In this document: positions 22,009 to 31,069 of the stretch, one piece after another
How positions within the stretch are numbered: position 1 is the first letter of the stretch
Layout of the letters: every line of letters starts with the position of its first letter
Notes under the pieces: generated by a model
Told to the model about the DNA's origin: nothing
Seen by the model: only the letters and a program-made list of their open reading frames with translations
The model's database searches: none
Translations under genes and position numbers: made by a program
Origin: Candidatus Woesearchaeota archaeon
GTDB lineage: Archaea > Nanobdellota > Nanobdellia > SCGC-AAA011-G17 > GW2011-AR20
Assembly: GCA_018302725.1 (NCBI GenBank)
Contig: JAGVZJ010000024.1
Location: forward strand, 1 to 31,069
Reading direction: 5' to 3'
Length of the DNA stretch: 31,069 nt

Positions 22009-25000
22009 ATGGCAGAAAAAATTAAGCAGATATTAATTGAAGAGGAAATGAAGAACTCTTACATAGATTATGCTATGTCTGTCATAACCGCAAGAGCATT
22101 GCCAGATGTTAATGATGGTTTAAAGCCTGTGCATAGAAGGATCCTTTATGCAATGCTGAAAGGTGGTTTATTGCATAGCAAACCATTCAGAAAATGTGCA
22201 AGAGTTGTAGGGGATGTTTTAGGTAGATATCATCCTCATGGGGATATAGCTGTTTATGATTCTTTAGTTAGAATGGCTCAGGACTTTTCATTAAGATACC
22301 CATTAATTAAAGGGCAGGGTAATTTTGGAAATGTTGATGGAGATAGTGCAGCAGCTATGAGATATTGTATTACTGGAGACAGTTTAGTAGTTACTGAGAA
22401 AGGTTTATTGAAGATTAATGAACTATCTGATAAAGAAGATGTTGAGATTAAAATATTATCAAAAGACAAAAAAATAAATACAGCCACTAAATGGTTTGAT
22501 TCTGGGAATCATCCTACTTTAAAAATAACTACAAACAAAGGGTATTCTTTAACTGGTTCTTATAATCATCCTGTTTTAACATTGGTTAAGGATGAAATAG
22601 GCAAGCCCACTTTTGTTTGGAAATTATTAGAACAACTACACGAAGGAGATTTTGTGGTTATGGATAGGTCTCCTGATGAATTATGGTCTGAAGACAAATT
22701 AGAACTATCAACCTATTACCCCAAATTTAAAAAAAGTGCTAACATGAAGATATTGCCCAAGTACTTAGGTAATAGTCTTGCCTTTATTTTGGGTTCCTTT
22801 ATCTCTGAAGGAAGTTTTGGCATAAATAAAATAGAATTTTGTAATTCTGATGAAGAATGGATAACCGAGTTTATTAAGTCATGGAAAGAAGTTTTTCCCG
22901 ATACCACACTCCACAAATTTAAAAGAAAGCCGAGTTCTTATGGCAAGAAAGAATATTTTAGATTAGAATGCCATTCTAGATATGTGTTGGAATTCTTAAG
23001 AAATATTGGATTAGATAATGTAAAGTCTCCAAAAAGAAAAATACCTGCAACAATATTACAATCACCTAAAGAGGTAGTTGTTACTTTCTTGAGATCTTAT
23101 TTTGAAGGAGATGGTACTATAACTTATTCAACAAAGATGATTGAACTGGGATGTTGCTCAATGAGTGAGCAGCTTATCGATGAACTACAAATTTTGTTAC
23201 TTAGATTTTGAATTGACTCTTTTAAGAGATACGATAGACATAAATCAATTTGGAAACTTTCATTGAGGTTTTATAAAGAATTGGGGTTTATCTCTGATCG
23301 AAAGAATAAGAAATTAGAGTATGTAGTATACAGCTATAAAAAAGATACTTCCTTACTGGATTTTGTTCCGTTTATTTCAGATTTTATTAGAGAACAAACT
23401 TCATCTGAGTTTGTTATGAAGAATAACTTTGACAGATACGGTAATATGCAAAATAACTATAGAAATGTTTCCTCAATAGTTTTAAAAAACACTGGAAGAA
23501 ACTATACAAACTTGTTTGAATATTTCCTGAATTATAATTATCTTTTTGATAAGGTTGTGAAACTAGAATCAAAGGGAGTTCAAAGAGTTTATTCTATTAG
23601 GGTTGATAGCAAGTGCCATTCTTTTGTTGCTAATGGATTTATTAATCATAATACAGAATGTAGGTTAACTCCAATCGCAGAGGAAATGCTGCAAGACATT
23701 GATAAGGATACAGTAAAATTCATTCCAAATTATGATGAGAGTTACAAAGAGCCAATTGTATTGCCTGGAAAATTCCCAAATTTATTAGTTAATGGAACTA
23801 CAGGGATTGCAGTTGGTATGACTTCCAGTATGCCTCCACATAATCTGAGAGAAATTGCAGATTCTATAGTTGCAATGGTTGATAATCCCGAAATAAAAAC
23901 AGAAGAATTAATGCAGTTTGTTAAAGGTCCAGATTTTCCAACTGCTGGAGTTGTATTGGGTAATGGGGGAATTAAAAAAGCTTACAAGACCGGAAGAGGA
24001 AGAGTTAGAGTAAAAGCTAAATGTGAATTTGAAGATAATAAAATAATTGTTTCTGAGATCCCTTACATGGTCAATAAGACTTCTTTGATTGAGTCTATAG
24101 TTGAATTAGTTAAAAGCAAGAAAGTAGAGGGAATTAAAGATATCAGAGATGAAAGTGATAGGAAAGGAATGAGAATTGTTATTATGCTGAAAGATAGTGC
24201 TAATAAAGAAGTGGTTTTAAATCAATTATACAAGCATACACAATTACAGACTACATTTAGTATTATAATGACTTCTTTAGTTGCTGGACAGCCAAAAACA
24301 ATGAGCTTGAAGAATCTGATTAATTTCTTTATTCAACATAGAAGAAGAATAGTTATAAGAAGAACTGAATTTGAATTAAATAAAGCAGAGGAAAGGGTTC
24401 ATATTTTAGAAGGATTAAGAATAGCTTTAAAGAATATTGACAATGTTGTTAAGGACATTAAGGAGAGCAAGGATGTTGAAACTGCTAAAGCATTATTAAT
24501 TGAAAAGTATACACTGAGCGAGAAACAAAGTTTAGCTATTTTAGATATGAGACTGCAGAGATTGACAGGTTTGGAGCAAACTAAATTGCAGGAAGAGTAC
24601 AATAGTTTATTAGAAGTTATTAAAGATTTGAAAGATATTTTAAATTCTGAAACAAGAATATTTGGAATTATAAAAACTGAAACTTTAGAATTAAAGGAAA
24701 AATACGGAGATGACAGAAGAACGATTATTACAGAAGAAGATGAAGGAGATATACAAGATGAGTCCTTGATAGAGAATGAAGCTGTTATAATTACTGCTAC
24801 AAGAGAGGGCTATATTAAACAGACTTTGTTAGAGGATTATAGACAGCAGAAGAGAGGAGGGACTGGAATAATTGCTACAGAAAAGAAAGAAGAGGATATT
24901 GTAGAGCATTTGTTCAGCACTAAGACACATAATTATCTACTATTTTTTACAAATATTGGAAGAGTTTGCTGGTTAAAAGTTTACAATATCCCAAGAGGAA

Positions 25001-25701
25001 GCAGATACTCAAAAGGGAAAGCTATAGTTAATTTATTGAAGCTAGAAGAAGGAGAAAAAGTTAATGCTATTTTACCTATATCTGATTTGACAAGAGAGAG
25101 CTATGTAATGTTTGCAACTAAGAAAGGAAAAGTTAAGAAAACTCCTTTGAAATCTTTTTCAAGGCCAAGAAAGATGGGTATTAAGGCCATTAAATTAGAA
25201 AACAATGATGAAGTTGTGGCTGTCAAGTTAACCCCCGGAAATCTTGAGGTTATGCTTGGCTCTAGGCTGGGCAATGCTGTCAGATTTAATGAAGTTGATG
25301 TCAGAGTTATGGGGAGAAATGCTTCAGGTGTTAGAGGTATTAGGTTAAAAGACAAAGATGAAGTTGTTGGAATGGAAATTGCTAATCCTGAAGCTACTTT
25401 GCTGACTGTTACTGAGAAAGGTTTTGGAAAAAGAACAGAGATGAGTGAGTATAGGGTAACTAGAAGGGGAGGAAAGGGAGTTAGGAACATTAAAATTACT
25501 GATAAGAATGGAAATGTAGTAGGAATAAAGACGGTTAAAGATGAAGATGAAGCTATGTTTATCACTCAAAATGGTGTTGTTATAAGAACCACTGTTAATG
25601 GAATTAGTAAAATAGGGAGAAGCACGCAAGGTGTTAGGTTAATAAAATTGAGAGAAGGGGATAAAGTCAAGACAGTTACAAGAATTATTTCTAAGGTTTA
25701 A
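22009..25701 (+). CDS. gyrA: DNA gyrase subunit A with an intein, interrupted by an in-frame TGA at 23209-23211 (mature protein would be ~801 aa)
   Basis: ORFs 22009..23211 and 23263..25701 are in the same frame with one stop between them. [21 protein letters not shown]|TECRL, GIAVGM, GyrA-box QKRGGTG and C-terminal pinwheel repeats. Confidence 0.93.
22366..23652 (+). mobile_element. GyrA intein (429 codons) with LAGLIDADG endonuclease, containing a nonsense codon
   Basis: AAMRY|[10 protein letters not shown]; GSYNHPV (block B); LGSFISEG and LRSYFEGDG (LAGLIDADG motifs); [12 protein letters not shown]|T. Confidence 0.95.
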
Positions 25702-25775
25702 CTTTTACTTTATGAAATCAATATTTAGAAAACCTTATAAATTTATTTTTTCCATAGTCTTTGATTAAAAATAAT

Positions 25776-26405
25776 ATGAGAGAACTTGATAAGGTATTAG
25801 ACCAAAATGAAAAAGTCTTTTGGGAAGGAAAACCAAAATTCTGGCCATTTTTTCTTGGAAGTTCTGCAATCATGATAATCTTTGGATTGGTTTGGCTGAT
25901 TTTTTTGATTCCTTTCATGGTAACTGCTGTAATTGATATAGTTTTGGGAGGATCACTTGGCTGGGGGATATTCTTACTGCCACATTTTTGGATTGGGATT
26001 ATACTGGTTTTTGGCATCCCGATTTACCAGATTCTTGTCTATAAATATGTGTATTATGCAATTACAAATAAGAGAGTCTTATTTCAGAAGGGCCTGATTG
26101 GCAGGGATTTTGAGATGGTTGATTTTGACCAGATAACCAATGCAGAGGTAAATGTTGGATTATTGGATAAACTATTTGGCGGCAATTCAGGAAGTATTTT
26201 AATTTCAACAGCTGGCTCATTTACTTACGGGAGATATGGACCTGTTCAGAGACCATACACTTTAAGGAACATAGAAAATCCGTATGATATATTTAGATTT
26301 TTCAAGAAGGTTTCACATGCAGTTAAAACTGATATTCAATATCCAAATAAATACAGGCCAAAAACAAACCCCGGATATAATACAAAATATAACTCCAGAA
26401 GATAG
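25776..26405 (+). CDS. Membrane protein with bacterial PH (bPH_2-like) domain
   Basis: LDQNEKVFWEGKP, two transmembrane helices, YYAITNKRVLFQKGLI and GLLDKLFG...G patterns. ATG 25776 preferred over TTG 25761. Confidence 0.75.
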   Translation: MRELDKVLDQNEKVFWEGKPKFWPFFLGSSAIMIIFGLVWLIFLIPFMVTAVIDIVLGGSLGWGIFLLPHFWIGIILVFGIPIYQILVYKYVYYAITNKRVLFQKGLIGRDFEMVDFDQITNAEVNVGLLDKLFGGNSGSILISTAGSFTYGRYGPVQRPYTLRNIENPYDIFRFFKKVSHAVKTDIQYPNKYRPKTNPGYNTKYNSRR

Positions 26406-26436
26406 TTTAATGTTTTTCTTAAATTTCTTTAAAGGA

Positions 26437-27042
26437 CTATATAAGAAGTGAGGCTAAAGAATTTAAACCGAGCATCATTAAAATTGCAATGCCTATTACA
26501 GCAAAATAAACTGTTTTATTCCAAGCAAGGACTTTTTTTCCATCTAATGGACCAAAGGGAAGTAAGTTAAAAACTGCAAGCCATGTATTAATAGACATAC
26601 CGTATTGCGATACCTTCCCAATTAATCCTGAAGGAAATGTTATTAGCAGGGTAAAGAATATTACTGCTAAAACCAGATTCATTATTGGACCTGCTACTGA
26701 GATTCTCCCATTTCTTGAAATGCCAACTAAACCGGAGATAAATACAGCTCCAGGAGCTGCAAATACAAATCCAAATACTGCTGCTAAAAGAACAGCAACA
26801 ACCAGCATTAAATCCCAGGATCTAAATTCTGCCCAGCAACCATAATGCTGTGCAAGTATTTTGTGAGATAGTTCATGCAATAAAAACCCAAGACCTACTG
26901 CTATTGCGGAAATAACTGCGCTTTCAATAAAACTGGTTGATGGATCTTTTAATACGAACGCAAATGCTACAGATATGGCTATCCAAGCTTTAGTGATATC
27001 AATTATTTCCTCTTTTGAAGTTCTAATTTTTATTTTTGGCAT
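26437..27042 (-). CDS. Site-2 protease (peptidase M50) family membrane metalloprotease
   Basis: HELSH zinc motif, AGPIMN and [11 protein letters not shown] motifs. Confidence 0.92.
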   Translation of the reverse strand: MPKIKIRTSKEEIIDITKAWIAISVAFAFVLKDPSTSFIESAVISAIAVGLGFLLHELSHKILAQHYGCWAEFRSWDLMLVVAVLLAAVFGFVFAAPGAVFISGLVGISRNGRISVAGPIMNLVLAVIFFTLLITFPSGLIGKVSQYGMSINTWLAVFNLLPFGPLDGKKVLAWNKTVYFAVIGIAILMMLGLNSLASLLI

Positions 27043-28261
27043 TTTCTATAGAAGAAACTCCTATCAGCCTCCACCTTGAGCCGATATTTCTAGAGATTGT
27101 AACTCTATCTTCCGGAGAAGCGCAAACTGGGATTTTTAACGAAATCACTATTAATTCTTTCCTCAACTCTTTTACTGTTCCTACTGTTGCTGCAGAGTTT
27201 ACATTGAGCATTAATATCTCTCCTCTTTTAATCGGTTCAACAACTAATGCGTCTTTAGCTCCTACAACTCTCTCAAGCAATTTTGGTTTTAATACTAATT
27301 CGTAAAATACTTCAGGGGTGTTTCCTTTAAGACCTACAATATTACCTGTTAAACTGTCTGATTTGACAATAGATGGATCCAACAGAGTAAGTATTCCAGC
27401 AGACCCCCCTGGTTGAATTTCTTTTACATCCACACTTCCTGTTTTTAATTTCTGAATCTTTGTTGTTATCAGTCTCCATGTTGCCCTATTTTCCTTTTCA
27501 ATTTTTAGTCCAGGTTTGATCTCTATTTCATCCCCCACTTTTAGCATACCTTGCTTTAATGCCCCCCCCAAAACTCCACCAACAAGGGTTTCAATATCTG
27601 CTCCAGGCCTGTTTATATCAAAGCTTCTTGCTACAAAAAACAACGGGGTCTTTTTTGGATCTCTTTTTGGAGTTTGTATTTTTTCTTCCATCTCTTTTAA
27701 CAGCTCTCCTATGTTTATGTTGTGCAATGCAGAAATGGGGATAATTGGTGCAGATTCAGCAATTGTTCCTTTTATAAACCCCTTAATCTGGCTGTAATTT
27801 TTTAGGGCTTGTTCTTCAGTAGTTAGATCAATCTTGCTTTGAACAATAACTATATTTTTTATTCCTATAATTTCAAGAGCCATGAGGTGCTCCCTTGTTT
27901 GTGGCTGAGGGCATTCTTCATTTGCAGCTATTAATAGCAAAGCTCCGTCCATTATTGCTGCCCCTGAAAGCATTGTAGCCATGAGTGTTTCATGACCCGG
28001 GGCGTCTATGAAAGAGACTTTTCTTTCAAACTCTACTTTAGATTTGCATTCATCACACTGTTTTTTGTCTGTAGTATAATGCCCCTTTGAGCATTTATAG
28101 ATGGAGGCATCTGCGTAGCCTAACCTTATTGTTATTCCTCTCTTTAATTCTTCAGAATGAGTATCAGTCCATTTTCCCGATAACCTTTCAGTTAAAGTAG
28201 TTTTTCCGTGGTCTACATGGCCAATTAGCCCTATATTTACCTCTGGCTGTTTCTTCTCCAT
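27023..28261 (-). CDS. eif2g: Translation initiation factor aIF2 gamma subunit
   Basis: [56 protein letters not shown] and RWRLIG motifs. Confidence 0.98.
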   Translation of the reverse strand: MEKKQPEVNIGLIGHVDHGKTTLTERLSGKWTDTHSEELKRGITIRLGYADASIYKCSKGHYTTDKKQCDECKSKVEFERKVSFIDAPGHETLMATMLSGAAIMDGALLLIAANEECPQPQTREHLMALEIIGIKNIVIVQSKIDLTTEEQALKNYSQIKGFIKGTIAESAPIIPISALHNINIGELLKEMEEKIQTPKRDPKKTPLFFVARSFDINRPGADIETLVGGVLGGALKQGMLKVGDEIEIKPGLKIEKENRATWRLITTKIQKLKTGSVDVKEIQPGGSAGILTLLDPSIVKSDSLTGNIVGLKGNTPEVFYELVLKPKLLERVVGAKDALVVEPIKRGEILMLNVNSAATVGTVKELRKELIVISLKIPVCASPEDRVTISRNIGSRWRLIGVSSIENAKNKN

Positions 28262-28399
28262 ATTAGAAACCTGTTTAAGGGTGTTTATAAAAGTAGTGAT
28301 AGTAGGTTTGTCAGTATCTTATTATCCGTCATTGAGCTCATTCACTTAAACCTATTCTCATAATTGATTCAAGAACGAAAGTTCCTTAGAATGCATTCC

Positions 28400-29881
28400 T
28401 TAAATGTTCTTATTCAATCTTCTTGTAAGGTAAGTCAGAACAGCTAGGACTGATATATACAAGATAATTGCAGACATCACTATGTAACTGCCCTGGAGAC
28501 TTTCTTTGAACAGTATTGTTTGCCTTAACAGGGACTCTCCAAGCACAAAAGGATTATACTTTACAATTTCTCTTATAGTCACAGGCAAGGTTTCCAGAGG
28601 AAGGACTGTGCTGGAGAAGAATAATAGGGCTGCAGCTACGGATATTGAGGCCATGTTCGCTGTTTCAGATGATCTGAACACATACCCAATAAACATTCCT
28701 ATCAAAATGAAAACAGAGGATATAAGGATTAATGCAACAAGGGTATTCAACAATTCTATATAGCTAAAAGGAGCGCTAGTTGCAAGTATGGTCACTATAA
28801 AGATTACAGCCATTTGAAGTAGCATGATAATCAAAGAGAAGGCATAATCTCCAATTATAAAGAATACACTGGGAGTAGGGGAAATATAATTTCTTAAGTA
28901 TGCTTTAGAAGTCTTTTCATCAATTACTGTTGAGGTAGATAAGACTATTCCAGTGAACATAAGAACTATCATCAACAGAACTGGGAAGGCATTGCCTAAG
29001 TGAGTAGAGTCTGTGGTAATCGGTCTTACCTCTGAACTTATCGGGTTTACTATTTTATCAATATCTTTAATTTCAATTGAATCAATGTTTATAATGATAG
29101 AAGATAATGCTGAGTTTAGTCTTTCTACTTTTTCCTTTTCTTTAGATATCTGGGAAACTAAGGAACTAACTCCTTCTGAGCTTGACTTTACCTGGGAGAT
29201 TTTTGTTTCTAGCGCGGAGACCAGTGATGTCAGATTAGAGAATTCACCTGAGCTTACATTTAAACTTAATTGGATATTAGATATTTCTGAGCTGATACTT
29301 GAAGTGCTTTCTAGACCGGATATTGCTGAATCCAACTCAGACAGTTTACTTTCTGTTAAAGTTAATGTTGACTTTACTTCCGGGAGGTTGGGAGACTCTT
29401 CAGCTATCTTCACGTTTGCATCATTCAAAACGTTAACTATTTTTGTGGTTAGGTCTATACTCAATTCTTCTGATTTTATTGAAAGTTTATTAGAAATTGT
29501 GTTTATTATAAGGTGAACAAGGTTTATTCTTGAATCATCCACGTAGAATGTTATTGGTTCATGGGAGGTTATTTGTAAGCTGGGAGGGATTAACAAACAA
29601 AGCTGAACAACCTCTGTTTTTACTTTATCAACACAGTCTTCTTCTGAGTCAACTTTTACCACCTTATATTGTTCATCTTCCAGCTGGGAGAGTATTGATT
29701 CTGCCAGTTCGCTATAGGAATCGGAATATGCGCCTATTTTTACATTAAACAATGTAGAGTTATTAAACGATAAGCTGATAAGAAGCATTAGGATTAAAGG
29801 ACCGAGTAATACGATTAATGCTGAACCTTTGCTTCTTGTCAGCAACTTAAGGTTTTTAATTATAACCTGCAATATCTTCAT
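28400..29881 (-). CDS. ABC-2-type exporter permease with a large extracellular domain
   Basis: N-terminal TM helix, Ser-rich coiled extracellular region, and a multi-TM C-terminus (LPLETLP...YNPFVLG). Confidence 0.88.
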   Translation of the reverse strand: MKILQVIIKNLKLLTRSKGSALIVLLGPLILMLLISLSFNNSTLFNVKIGAYSDSYSELAESILSQLEDEQYKVVKVDSEEDCVDKVKTEVVQLCLLIPPSLQITSHEPITFYVDDSRINLVHLIINTISNKLSIKSEELSIDLTTKIVNVLNDANVKIAEESPNLPEVKSTLTLTESKLSELDSAISGLESTSSISSEISNIQLSLNVSSGEFSNLTSLVSALETKISQVKSSSEGVSSLVSQISKEKEKVERLNSALSSIIINIDSIEIKDIDKIVNPISSEVRPITTDSTHLGNAFPVLLMIVLMFTGIVLSTSTVIDEKTSKAYLRNYISPTPSVFFIIGDYAFSLIIMLLQMAVIFIVTILATSAPFSYIELLNTLVALILISSVFILIGMFIGYVFRSSETANMASISVAAALLFFSSTVLPLETLPVTIREIVKYNPFVLGESLLRQTILFKESLQGSYIVMSAIILYISVLAVLTYLTRRLNKNI

Positions 29882-30813
29882 TTTGTTAAGTATTCAAATA
29901 CCTCATCTAATGGTGGCTTATGCAGCCCTATCTCGATTAGTTCTTCATCTTCTTTGTCTATAACTGTTAAAAGGGCTTTCATGACTTTTTCTGCATCTTG
30001 GGCGTAAACTATTAGTTTGTTTCCAACTTTTCTGATTCCCTCTATATCTTTATCTCCTCGGATGTACTCCACAATGCTTTTGTAATTCCCCGGGCTTGTG
30101 ACTATATGAATCTCTTTTGTTCCTGAGAAAATATCTTCCAGTTCATCTACTGTCCCCTGTTTTATTATTGTGTTTTCATGCAGGATTGCAACCCTATCAC
30201 AGATTACTTCCACCTCTCCTAAGAGATGAGTAGTGAGAATAATTGTGGTTTCTTCTTCTTTGTTGATTTTTTTTAACAGATCAAGAATTTCTCTTCTTAG
30301 TGCAGGATCCAAGTCTTGTGTTGGTTCATCTAAAACTACTATTTTAGGATCGTGGATTAATGAACATGCTATATCTAATCTTTTTTGCATCCCAGCGGAG
30401 AGGTTTCCTGCAACCACATTTTCTTTTTTTCCTAGTTCCACTAATGATAACAGTTTTGAAATTCTCTTTTTTATATAATCACTGTTTTTGTTATACATCT
30501 TCCCAAAATAAGTCAGGTTTTCTTCAACAGTTAAAGTAGGATAGAATGATCCTTCCTGCGCAGCAAAGCCAAATTGTTTTCTAACTTCAAACAAATCATA
30601 GTTTATGTCTCTGGATTGGAAAGTGATATTTCCTTTGTCAGGATGGATAAATCCTATCAAAATGTTTAGCAGGGTAGTTTTACCTGAACCTGACTTCCCT
30701 AAAATTCCAAAGATTTCTCCGTAAGGGATTGATAAGTTGAGATTGTTAAGAACTATATTTTTTCCAAATGTTTTTGAAACACCCTTTATTTCAATGAACG
30801 GCGCTCTTGGCAT
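29878..30813 (-). CDS. ABC transporter ATP-binding protein
   Basis: Walker A GKSGSGKT, signature LSAGMQKR, Walker B VVLDEP; ATGA overlap with the permease. Confidence 0.96.
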   Translation of the reverse strand: MPRAPFIEIKGVSKTFGKNIVLNNLNLSIPYGEIFGILGKSGSGKTTLLNILIGFIHPDKGNITFQSRDINYDLFEVRKQFGFAAQEGSFYPTLTVEENLTYFGKMYNKNSDYIKKRISKLLSLVELGKKENVVAGNLSAGMQKRLDIACSLIHDPKIVVLDEPTQDLDPALRREILDLLKKINKEEETTIILTTHLLGEVEVICDRVAILHENTIIKQGTVDELEDIFSGTKEIHIVTSPGNYKSIVEYIRGDKDIEGIRKVGNKLIVYAQDAEKVMKALLTVIDKEDEELIEIGLHKPPLDEVFEYLTK

Positions 30814-30878
30814 AGCAGTAGTAAACTTAATTTATTTATAAACTATTTGGAAATATTAATATAATAGAAACATTTTGG

Positions 30879-31069
30879 ATGATTATGAAGCATACATTAA
30901 GAATAACCGTTTTATTGGTTTTGCTTTTTTTGATTGCTCATTTTCTTGGGTTAATTATACTTAATGAGTATACTACAGAACAATTACCTTTAGGGCTAGA
31001 ACCACCTGAAATTGAAGAGACTACAAGCTTTATCCCTGTTTTTGTGGGCATAATAATTGCGACTTTGTT
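30879..31069 (+). CDS. 5' fragment of a membrane protein, possibly a presenilin-like intramembrane aspartyl protease
   Basis: MIMKHTLRITVLLVLLFLIAHFLGL...LPLGLEPPE...; open to the window end. Resembles recalled DPANN presenilin-like N-termini; the catalytic motifs lie outside the window. Confidence 0.4.
   Translation, partial: MIMKHTLRITVLLVLLFLIAHFLGLIILNEYTTEQLPLGLEPPEIEETTSFIPVFVGIIIATL

Noticed and set aside
23209-23211. TGA-to-Gly recoding (genetic code 25) as the explanation for the gyrA stop
   Set aside because: TGA behaves as a stop elsewhere: the dnaK end (8046-8048) and ATGA stop/start overlaps at 8493-8496 and 29878-29881. Code 25 is known from bacteria, not archaea.
23209-23211. 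Selenocysteine at the gyrA TGA
   Set aside because: The aligned residue is a structural Gly, not Cys, and no SECIS-like hairpin was apparent.
22009-25701. Topoisomerase IV (parC) instead of gyrA
   Set aside because: A GyrA-box-like QKRGGTG and a full set of C-terminal pinwheel repeats are present.
28284-28396. Chain of three micro-ORFs (12, 7 and 18 codons) on the minus strand linked by ATGA overlaps, between the permease and eif2g
   Set aside because: Any A before TGA creates an ATG, so this is frequent in AT-rich DNA. The last ORF runs into the probable eif2g TATA box, and there is no supporting conservation evidence.

Overview
AT-rich archaeal chromosomal window. The ribosomal proteins L7Ae/S28e/L24e/S6e, aIF5B, aIF2-gamma, TATA-like boxes and GGAGG/GAGGTGA ribosome-binding sites are archaeal. 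The accessory gene style resembles Woesearchaeota-like DPANN (inference). The backbone is the conserved rpl7ae-rps28e-rpl24e-ndk-infB-rps6e-eif2g cluster, broken by two large inserts. The first holds a wHTH regulator, a DUF3467-like gene, grpE-dnaK-(MraZ-like)-dnaJ, two tandem tiny acidic paralogs missed by the ORF track, a PhoU-type regulator and an APH-like kinase. The second holds a dockerin-bearing S8 lipoprotease plus partner lipoprotein and gyrB-ORF-gyrA; eif2g lies beyond it on the opposite strand. Both gyrase subunits carry inteins: HNH-type in GyrB, LAGLIDADG-type in GyrA. The GyrA intein contains an in-frame TGA inside its endonuclease domain while both splicing ends and both exteins are intact. 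This is a candidate nascent split intein, a recent pseudogene, or an assembly error. No tRNA, rRNA, CRISPR array or IS element was seen. All family assignments come from motif recognition by eye; no database search was run.
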